This document shows positions 52,549 to 62,000 of a stretch of DNA of 62,000 nt, piece by piece. Each line of letters opens with the position of its first letter. Position 1 is the first letter of the stretch. The notes under the pieces were generated by a model. That model ran no database searches, had not been told where the DNA came from, and saw nothing but the letters and a program-made list of their open reading frames with translations. Origin of the DNA: Chiloscyllium plagiosum (taxonomy: Eukaryota); NCBI RefSeq assembly GCF_004010195.1, contig NC_057751.1:170979-232978 (forward strand), written 5' to 3'. Both the position numbers and the translations under genes were made by a program.

Positions 52549-52684
52549 GTTTATGAGAGAGCTGAGACAGCAGTGGCTGGGAGGATAACAAGGAGGGAAT
52601 GCGTGGAGCTTGAAGCAGTGGCTGAGGCTGTGGCTTAGCTCCAAGGATGCCTTGCTTCTGACCAGACAACATATGCGATGGACT
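52549..52684 (-). CDS. CCAR2: Coding exon 5 (SPSHMLSGQKQGILGAKPQPQPLLQAPRIPSLL...HK)
   Basis: tttgcag| ... C|gtgagt; GQKQGILGAxPQ...RIP is a CCAR2 motif. Confidence 0.92.
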
Positions 52685-53144
52685 CTGCAAAGAAAATCAC
52701 AGAAGTAGTCAGTATGAAGGAGAAATTTCAGGTCCCTGATATACAGAAAGCCTAATCCAGGAAGGTTTAGCAAGTGCCATGGAATCTCAGTCAGCTATGG
52801 TGGGCAGTGATGAAGGACCTGATCCAGCTCAAATGATAGGAAATCCAATACCTCAGTCCTTTAGGAACTACAACTGAGACCCCACAAAATGGAGGGCAGC
52901 CCATCAAGCCCAAATTGACAGGTTGTAGAGGGCCTCCCAGACTAGAGTGTTATAGGGTGATGGAGTCAGAGATTCTCTGCAGGAACTCTAATGATGTGAA
53001 TGGGGTCAGAGATCATCGTCAGGTAACGTGGAGGGGAGTGGGGCACAAAGGGACAGCAGTCCCAGGATCTCAGCTGGGGTGGAGGCTGGGCACAGTCAAG
53101 CCTCAGGAGAGTCTAGCAGCCTGTATAATGATGACACCACAGGA

Positions 53145-53340
53145 AGAGACACAGAGACAGCGAGCGAGAGAGAGAGAGAGACAGAGCGAGAGAAAGAGAC
53201 ACAGCGACAGTGAAGGGGGTGGGGGGAGAAAAGAGACAGCTGGGGGAGGAAGAGACAGCGAGGGGCAGGGCACACGTGGGGGAGCGAGAGGCGGGAAGGG
53301 GAGAGAGAGAGGGAGAGAAAAAGACTCAGAGTCCAGAGAA
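53145..53340. repeat. GA-rich low complexity (a similar tract lies at 54553-54612)
   Basis: Interrupted (GA)n/(GACA)n. Confidence 0.85.
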
Positions 53341-53499
53341 TAGAGTGTGACTGGCCACCAGTATCTCAAAGCACCAACTCAAGATATATTCATTCCAGTT
53401 TCCTATCCCGATCGGACAAGTTTGATTATATTGTAATTTGTCACCTCACAAAACACAGTTTGACATGGAACCAAAAGTGGACATGAGGTCAGGTGACCG

Positions 53500-53850
53500 A
53501 AAGCTTGGTTAAAGAATTAGCTTTAAAAGTGGTTTAAAAAAATAACAGGCACTTTTAATGGAGAGCTGTTGGGATGGTATGCCATACTGCAGGAGAGCTG
53601 GAGGCATGACGCCTTTCGGAGAGAGGACTTAACGCACAAGTGGCCAGAATTCAAGGAGCATAGAGATCTGCGAGGGTTGACAGGCTGAAGCAGATGACAG
53701 AAATGGGGATTGGTGAAGCAATAGAGGGATTTGAAAACAAGGATGAGAATTTTATGATTAAAGCAATAATGGACAGAGCATCCCTCGGTTAACGAGTATA
53801 GGGATATCAAGTGAATTGGATCTGTGCTCAGTTCAGATACAGGTAGCAGA
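53500..53850 (-). mobile_element. Old L2-like LINE 3' fragment
   Basis: Peptide KILILVFKSL...LLQPVNPRRSLCSLNSGHL resembles an L2 ORF2 C-terminus. Confidence 0.6.
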
Positions 53851-54565
53851 GTTTTGGATAAACACCAGCAGAATGTAAATACCAGCTAAGGGTGAATGGG
53901 AAGAGTAAAGTCCCAAGGAGGCTGAGCAATTCAGAGGCTGCAAAAATATTCTAAATAAGGGTGATGACTTGAAATTTTGCAAGTGCAGTTCAGAGGTGAA
54001 TTGGGGTATAGTGCTTTGCAGGAAAGATGCAGGAGGTGGTGGGTTGGATTTTGGAAAGAGGATGCAAATTATTAACACCAGGAAATGATGAGAAATGGCC
54101 ATATCAGACAGAGTAGTGAGATAATTATAAATAACAAAATCAAGGCGGTGGCTGAAAATAAAGGAAGGGGATTTCCAGGCAATAAGACCGCAGATGAGAG
54201 TAAACATGATATAAAACAGAAATTGATATCAGGACAGATTACAAAGATTAAGGCTGATCAAAGCAGAAGTGCAACGCGTTGGACAAGGTGAGACATTCAA
54301 AAGAGAAGGATGTGCCAGATGAGTAAAAGCCAAAATATGATTTCCAAATGTGTTCCTTTTATTTATAGCTAGGCATTGCTAGCAAGAACCAGCTTTTATT
54401 AATCAAGGTTAAATTATATGAGCTGCCATGGTCAGATTTGAACCACAGAGAGAGATGGAGGTGTGGGAAGGGAAGCAGAAGGAAGGAAATGGGGCAGTGA
54501 GGGGGAAAGCAAGAAAGTTAGATGGGTGGGGGGAAACTGGAGAGGCAGATAAGGAGAGAGCGAGA

Positions 54566-54597
<32 letters not shown>

Positions 54598-55122
54598 CAG
54601 AGAGACAGACAGACGCACATTTAGGTAGATGGACGGACACACACATCAAGAGACAGAGGGAGAACAAAGCTGGAAATTAGCTGAGAGTGAAATATGAACA
54701 AACTCCAAGAGAAACTGATTTCACATCCCAGGAAAACCTGGGTCCCAATACTGAGGTGAAACTGTGCAGTTTGTCACAGTGTGAAGATGTGTTCCCGCCT
54801 GCACACTGCAATTTGAGAGAGAGAGAAAAAGATGGAGAGACAGAGGGAGAAAAATGATGGAAGCGCGCACAAGTGTGCTCACAGAAAAAACGTCAGAGCA
54901 AGTTCACAGACGGGAAAGCGGGGAAGGGGGCTCAGAGAGGAAAAGTCTGCAGAGAAAAGGTCTTTGGGGGATGGGGAATTTTAGAAAGTTCAGTATCATG
55001 CCCTGCCTCACTGCCTTGAGAGCTCTCTACATTGGGAAACTGAAGCAGCAAAGTACACTGATGTTGACAACCTGCCCTTCACTTATTTTCTGGTTCCCTT
55101 ACTACTACACTAAAGCCTGTAC

Positions 55123-55237
55123 CTGCGTAGGCTGCACCTGGACTTTCAGTGCATTCCACTTCACTGAGTGACTGGGGTTGTAAACAGCTTTGACCAGCAC
55201 TCGCTCCCCAGTCTGGGGTATCCGTCCCTTCACCACA
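55123..55237 (-). CDS. CCAR2: Coding exon 4, S1-like domain (VVKGRIPQTGERVLVKAVYNPSHSVKWNALKVQVQPTQ)
   Basis: ttgcag| ... CAG|gtacag; phase 2 to 0. Confidence 0.95.
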
Positions 55238-55662
55238 CTGCAACATAAAGACATAGAGATCAGAACTCTTCCACACGCTGCTCAAACTGCTCAGCACTGC
55301 CAGCACGTGTCACACACAATTCAGGGATACCTAGGACATTCCCAAGTGGGAATGGAACAGGAAGTGCTGGGAATACAGGTAGGAGGGCTTCTGGCACCTC
55401 ACCAAAGTGGTTATTCCTCATGGGAATGATATGATGACAGAATGCATCACCAGCTGAGGTTAACCAATAATAAACTAGTTGTTACAATAAGCTGGAGCAG
55501 GATTTGAGGGAAATAGAATTCACTATTTTCACCCAGCAGCACTGGGGCAAATTGTGGTTGAGACCAGTGACCAAGCAACTGTCACCCACACAGCTCCATA
55601 GGAAATAATAATTCATGGAGAATTCAATCAGTGCACTCTCTATTGATTCGTGCATCACTTAC

Positions 55663-55772
55663 TTCAGATGGAACAACACTTCATCATCAATGAACCCAAA
55701 GTAGTCGTGAAGACTCGTGACTACTCCCGTGAACACACGCTGCTTCTGCGACTGGCCCGCCTGCCCATGGCC
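55663..55772 (-). CDS. CCAR2: Coding exon 3, S1-like domain start (GHGQAGQSQKQRVFTGVVTSLHDYFGFIDDEVLFHL)
   Basis: ggcag| ... AA|gtaagt; strong match to the CCAR S1-like domain. Confidence 0.95.
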
Positions 55773-57752
55773 CTGCCAACAGCAACATAACCAGTGTCAT
55801 TATGATTACAAGGGACAGCAAAACCCCAGCAGGACCCCCTATTGGGACAGATACAATGTAATATCTTTCCTCAGCCAACCCACACCCCTGGTCTGTACAA
55901 CACAATGGCACGACTCCACGTTTACCTTCCAATAGAAGCCTGCTGTCCAACTGGCAGCAAGATATTCAACTGCAAAAACATTTCCAACTGAGTCTGATCC
56001 TACTCTCATCCAACAACACTAACCAGCTTGAAACTTAATCCAAGACATGATATCTCAAGGCATATGAATCCAACAAGACTCCAGGCAACATCTGTCTGTA
56101 ATTCATGATCTGGACACTAAGTGTAGACCTCATAACCTGACGACAGCTAGCACACGATTTGATAAACATTCAAAACTAAGTCTCTACACAATTCAAAGTA
56201 GGCACTGAATCTCGATCTGTGCAGCTCAGCTGATACATTAGGGCAAGGTCCTCGATGTCCATGCAACTAAGTATGTAGGATCCAAATCCACTGGTGGAAC
56301 AGCTCATCAGTTCTTCGTGGTGTAATAACCAAGATTGATCCCTCAAGTAACATAACAACAAAATACCTGAATTCATTGTGTGTACCTTGTAGTGCACAAA
56401 GGATCTGTAAAAGGAGAGGCTACACTCATCAGCAAATAATTGGTTATGAAGCTGTTTACGGTCTTGAGGACTTGACAGTGCAATTTTATTTCAACAACTT
56501 GCATTCATGCAAGGTTCCAAGGTGCTTCACACAGGAGGGTAACCAAATTAAATGTGACTAACTCACATCAAAGCACTTTAGCCTCAACAGGAAGCTAGAA
56601 AGTAGAGGGTTTTGTGGAGGAACTCTCGACTTTTGAGGCCAAGGCAGCTGAAGGCTATTGGCTCTAAATGGTCAGCCAAAGGAAATGGGAATTAGTCAAT
56701 CGGCCAGAACCGAAGAGCTCAGAGATTATGGATGATTCTAAGAGTCAGAAGTGGGTGGGTGGGTGGGGTGGTAAGACAGAGAAAAACAGAGAGAGAAATG
56801 GACACGGTGACAGAGGGATGTGAAGAAGAGCTTGAGAATTGTAAAACTGAGTTCCAAGACAGACAAAACAGGTCTGGATACACAGAACTTCACAATGAAT
56901 GAGAGACAGGGAACCTGTTAATACATCACTGAAATAGTTGAGGCTGAGGCAAATACCAGCAACAGATGAGCTAAGACCATCACAGCTCAAATATAATAAT
57001 CCTGTTAGTCCTGCTTTGATGCAAGGATCATTAACTTGCAAACTATCGACACAGAGTTCCATGCTTTCAGTGAAATGGCTAACTACAAGGGTGGAATTCA
57101 GCTTGCTTTAATCTGACAGTGGCAGTTGGCACATTGAGACCTACATCTTTATAAAAATCAAACAGAAACCAGTCAAGAGAAGCGCATTCTGGCGAGGGAG
57201 TACGGTCAGACAGAGGAGGTGAAAGATTGCAAAGAGAAATTGCATAAGAGAATCTGTGGAGACGAGCTGTGTCTACTCCAGCCCAGTGTAAAATTCCTAT
57301 CAGATAGCCACTGCATTCAGGGTCTGATGCTAAGGCTAGATGCCTGAAAAGGGAGGAATTCCATGACCCAAAACCAGCACCTCATCCCCTTGTTGAACAC
57401 AAAAACCTGGAGAGAAAGGAAACACAATTGAAGCAGAAAATCATATCTTTTCACCCACTCAAAGACACAAAGGATCCTTCTGCATTTTATCTGCATGCAG
57501 TAAAACTGGGAGAACTCAGTAATTCCAGTGTCCGGGAGCCTGAACGGCTTCTGAAGTCATCCTGTGGCAGCAAAACAAATTTGTTCACAAAACAGACAGC
57601 ATTCCCCAACATTACATAACCCACCTCTCCCATCCATCTCACAGTGACTATGGTTCCCGACAATCCTATCTGCGCACAGAAATGACATTTCTCAACCTCC
57701 CATCCTTCCACGTCACTGTCACCACCCAAAGTGTCAGTACAATGTCTCTCAC

Positions 57753-57823
57753 CTGCAGCAAGGCCTGTTGTAAGGATGGTGGCCCAGGCCCCAGAAGCGA
57801 CTGTTGCTGGCCGCCATGAACGC
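57753..57823 (-). CDS. CCAR2: Coding exon 2 (GVHGGQQQSLLGPGPPSLQQALLQ)
   Basis: ttgtag| ... CAG|gtgaga; SLLGP motif of CCAR N-termini; phase 1 to 0. Confidence 0.8.
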
Positions 57824-58671
57824 CTACAAGGAGGAACACAGGATTTTAATTCTAGTCACTGTCACAGAATTTTAAGACAAATATAAACAAGGGCAGCACT
57901 GGTGTTGGGGTGTGAAGACATGGCTGCATCATTTCAGCATCCACCCTTAAATTTGTGATCTTAAGGAACAGCATCCATTAGAACCCAGAGAGGAGGACAG
58001 GGTTATCTGGGCAGGCCGCAAGGTTGAAAGTCTTAATCAGATCAGTCATGACTTTCTCGAATGGTACAGCAGGATTGAGGGGCTAAATGGCCTCCTCCTA
58101 TTGTTTTTATGTCCCCACAATAGCTACTTCAGGTGAGCACAGCACCTGGTATCCACAGCTTATGCCTCAAGTGTAAACACACTGAAGCAATCAGTTTGTC
58201 CAAGAGAACAGGACAAGATATTAGCGGCAAGAGTAGGAACCAGGAGTTTGGATGTGACCACTAATACCTGGCCTGGGGGACATTAGCCAAGACAGGAGGA
58301 CAGCACGGCACAGAAGCCAGAGTCAAATCGGAAGATGACTGACAAAACAAGGGAATGCAGCATGTCAGGGTGGACCCTGAGGGCTAAGTCAAAGCATGGA
58401 GAGCCTGGGACAGGGAGGGAAAGGGAAAGGAGCCTGGGACCAGAATCTGACAGGCATGGAGGACTCGGCAGCAAGTCAGGCTCAGGGTGAGACGTGAATG
58501 AATAACTAAGAACTGGAGATCAAAATAGACAAGTGATGCTGGATTGGAGAGAGAATTTCCTGATTTAATGAATTAAAAATGCTACACAGTGCACTCTAGA
58601 GTCTATGTTAATATCAATCATACAGAGCAAGAGCAGATCACAGAAGCGCAAACTCACTAGCAATGACCTAC

Positions 58672-58708
58672 CTGCTTTAGTTGCAGACTGAAACTGATTT
58701 CCCCACAT
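58672..58708 (-). CDS. CCAR2: Coding exon 1 (MWGNQFQSATKA+G); full exon including 5'UTR is probably 58672-58788
   Basis: ATG at 58708-58706 with an upstream in-frame TGA; donor GCAG|GTAGG in phase 1 matches the next exon; polypyrimidine tract and CAG acceptor at 58789-58830. Confidence 0.65.
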
Positions 58709-58814
58709 TGATCTAGTAGAGTCTCTTCACCAACTAAGCACAGGATTTAATCCTTCAGAAGCTCGTGTTTAATTCAGCTAAAATTCACCTGGGTAACAGA
58801 AGGAATCAAAGACA

Positions 58815-59090
58815 AAAATAAAACAAAGCACTGCTGATGTTAGGATCTAAAACCAATAAAAACAGAAATTGATGGAGAAACTCAGCAGGTCTGGCAGCAT
58901 CTGAAAGAGAGAAACAGAGTTAACATTTCAAGTTGAGACCCTTCTTCAGAACTGACAGCAGCTTCGAAAGGGTGGCATTGATGCCAATGATGACAGTGGT
59001 AGGGTGGGGTAGGGAGATCACTAAACCCAAAACATTATCGCTGATTTCTCTCTACAGATGGTGCCAGACCTGCTGAGATTTTCCATAAAT
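58815..59090. mobile_element. Penelope-like inverted-repeat remnant
   Basis: ctcagcaggtctggcagcatctg..gagagaaacag and its reverse complement at about 59042-59085. Confidence 0.75.
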
Positions 59091-59725
59091 TTCACAATTA
59101 CCAGGATGTTGCCTGGGCTGAAGAGATTCAATTAAGAAAGAACCTGGACAGATTGGTTTCCTTAGGAAGACCAGAGGAGATTGAGATGGGATAAGAATGT
59201 GTAAACTTGAGAAGCAGAGGTAGGGGAAACAAGAAAAAACCTTTCCTCTTGTCGAAGGAATCACTCACCACAGGCAGAGATTTAAACTAAGGGGTAGGAC
59301 ATTTCGAGGAGATGTGAGGAAAACCTTTTCCCCCCAGAGAGGAGTGAGAATCTGGACCTCACTGCCTGTAAGGGTGGGAGAGGCAGAAACCCTCATCATG
59401 TTTAAACAGTGTCAAGATGAGCACTTGCAAAGCCGAGCACACAAATCTAATGGTGAAATGCTGGACAATGAGATTAGAATCGTTCAGTGGTTAGTTTTGA
59501 CCAGTGTGCGCACAATAGACTGAAGGACCTTTTCTATGCTATAGATCTCTATGACTCTATAAAGGAACAGTGTATATCACAGTGAGAGGTACAAATGCAA
59601 AGTGAGATCAGTTAACCTAACAACACCTCTGACATTGCCTGTGTCAAACCCTATCTCCATCTGATTTTTGTCAAAGACATCAGGAAAACAGCTCAATTGC
59701 CAGAATCAGGACAGACAAGCTGCAC

Positions 59726-59875
59726 GAGGACAAAGTGAGGACTGCAGATGCTGAAGATTAGAGTAGAGAGTGTGGTGCTTGGATGAGCCCTGCTAAAAGG
59801 CTTGTGCCCAAAACATCGACTCCCCTGCTCCTTGAATGCTACCTAACCTGCTGTGCTTTTCCAGCACCACACTCT
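59726..59875. mobile_element. Miniature Penelope-like hairpin with 13-bp TSD
   Basis: agacaagctgcac (59713-25) and agacaagcagcac (59876-88). Confidence 0.8.
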
Positions 59876-60199
59876 AGACAAGCAGCACTGGCCAAATTAA
59901 ACAGAGCAGAAATTTCAAATATCGCCACCTTGGAATAAGAACTTTCTGCTGTCAGCCCAACAGGGGTGTGTGGGAAACAGGATCACTGGCACAGCCAGGA
60001 GGGCAGGTTTCAGTCTCAGTGTACACCCCAGTCTGCTGGCCATCCTGCTCCAACCTCTGGGGACAGGCTCAGCGATCAAGCCATCATCAGAGCTTCAGGG
60101 TATTTTGAACAAAATTCTTTTTCCTTCTCCTAGCAAGAGAAAAATCCTCTTGATACCTTGAGCAGGACTGGACTTCAAAAACGATAGGTTTGAGAGAGA

Positions 60200-62000
60200 G
60201 GGGTCTCCCTGAAGATATAGAATAAGTTAGAAATTAATATTTGGATTATGCCCAGTGCCACGCACCATTGAAAATATAGGAAGGAAGATAGTGAGGATTT
60301 AACGTGTGGATTGAGGCATGGTAAAGATAGAAGGCTTCATATTACTCAACACAGGACAGTGAGTGTACACCTCAAAGAGACTGGGACCAATGTCCTTTCA
60401 GGGAAGTTCACTTGCTTGGTGAAGGGGGGCTTAAACAAGATAAATCAGAGAATAAACAACCTAGGAGGAATATGTGTTGAACAGTCAAGAAAAAGGAAGG
60501 AGGACATTTTAATACTGGAACAGATGGAGGAATACAAAAACAGGTTCTGATTGCACTTGTATAACCGGACAAAGTGTGCTGAATTCAGTTCATGAACTAC
60601 AAGCACAAAAAGCAGAAAAAATGGAAACAGGGTGAAACACAGTGAGGACTGGGAACTTCATATCTTAAGACAGAAAGTGTTTCAAAAAGATAATTGAGGT
60701 AGAGAAGGAAATGGGGTGGTAGCACTGATGAGGGAAGTCAGCATAATGTTGGAAACAGTGTGCCCTCGAAGGGCAAGGGCAGATCCATTTTGCTAGATTT
60801 CAGAAAGCAAGGAGGATTCACACGACTGGGATCTTTGCTGGGCTTGGATTAATGAGAGGGAGAGAAATAAAGAAGCATATCTGCAGGGAAATCAAAGATA
60901 TGCACAAATGATACCTTTTAAGAAATTCAAAGTGGAATCAGATTTTTTTTGTGGATAGAAATGTTGTGCATGGTTGTTGGAAAGGAGATTAGCATGAGAT
61001 TATGCTTCTGTTTGAAGAGCTGGTGTAAGTATGACAGATCGAATGGTCTCCTTCTGCACCATAACAACTCCGAGATCCAGAATATTGGAAATCTTTGTCA
61101 GAGCAGCATTCAAGGGTAAGGAGAGCAAAGAATTTGTCAACTGTGCTCATGAGAACCTCCTTGACCAGTATGTTCTCAATTCACATAGGAGTGCAACGTT
61201 GCTGGATATAAAGGAAGACTGGAAGAGTTTCTTTAGATACATAAAGGGGAGAGAGGCAAAAGTGGACATTGGACCACTGGATAATGACTCCAGACAGATA
61301 TTAGTGGGGAACACAGAAATGGCTGAGGAACTGAGTCATTACTTTGTATCAGACTTCACGTAATATCACACAAATTTAAGAGAGTGAGGGGGCAGAGCTG
61401 AGTATGGAGAAGGTGCTAGAAAAACTGAATGGCCTGAAGGTAGATAACTCACCTGGACCAGATGGACTACACCCAGGGTTCTTAGGGGGATAGCTGAAGA
61501 GATAGTGGCGATCTTAGAGATACTGGAGATAGTTAGTAGCGATCTTTCAGGAAATGCTAGAATCAGGTAAGGTCCCAGACGACTGGGAAATCGCTAATGT
61601 GGCTAAAAAGGGAGTATGGTAAAAGATGGAAAATTATACACCGATTATGCTGACCTGAGTCGTGGGCAAGATTTTGCAATCCATTGTGAAGGATGGGATT
61701 TCTGAATATTTGCAAGTGCATGGGAAACTAGGGCATGGTCAGCATTGTTTCATCTGGGGGGGGAGGGGTTAGAATTCCGTCAGAATTCTTTTTAAGTAGC
61801 GAGAAAGTTAGACAAAGGAATGCCGATGGATGTTATCTATCTGGACTTGAAGAATGCCTTTGACAAGGCACTGCACTGGAGGTTGCTTAGTAAGATAAAA
61901 GGCCCATGGTCAGAGGCAAGGTGCTAGCGTGGATAGATAGCCTTGCAAAAAGCAGAGAATGGGGATAAAAGGGTCTTTCTCAGGATGGCAGCTGTGACAA
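60200..62000 (+). mobile_element. Old degenerate CR1 LINE (ORF1 end, ORF2 fragments)
   Basis: VHLKETGTNVLSG (esterase end), KSFFRYIKG, ELSHYFVS; cacctggaccagatggactacaccc; aatgcctttgacaagg. Confidence 0.85.

Larger units (their letters stand above)
11321..58788 (-). other. CCAR2: CCAR2/DBC1-like gene locus (18 coding exons in window, 3' end runs off the left edge)
   Basis: Exons join in frame (2586 nt) with AG/GT boundaries except one GC donor. Domain order is S1-like, DBC1/NUDIX-like, SAP, acidic, EF-hand-like. CCAR2-type motifs: KQRVFTGVVTSLHDYFG, GQKQGILGA, AKKARH, LAELFGEMLQRDFGYTVYK; no CCAR1-type RS/RE repeat. Confidence 0.85.

Noticed and set aside
11468..58671. Intronic C/D or H/ACA snoRNA
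   Set aside because: No box C/D pair with a terminal stem found by eye; needs an Infernal/snoscan run to exclude properly.

Overview
Eukaryotic, repeat-rich intronic DNA, very probably from a shark or other elasmobranch (HE1-type V-SINEs, Deu-domain SINEs, abundant CR1 LINEs, Penelope-like elements). One host gene spans almost the whole window on the minus strand. I reconstructed 18 phase-consistent coding exons by hand (58708 down to 11321; 2586 nt, 862 codons) of a CCAR-family gene, best called CCAR2/DBC1. Its last exons lie left of position 1 and its promoter was not seen. Unlike mammalian CCAR2 it keeps a CCAR1-type SAP module on two symmetric exons, apparently reached through a non-canonical GC donor. 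Introns contain nested CR1 LINEs, SINEs, satellites, a 707-nt assembly gap, and several Penelope-like inverted-repeat elements carrying minimal hammerhead-ribozyme motifs. There are also three local templated duplications, one a splice-dead copy of part of exon 6. Most ORF-track entries are transposon remnants or noise. Comparisons to human CCAR1/CCAR2 and to repeat families are from memory, not from a database search.
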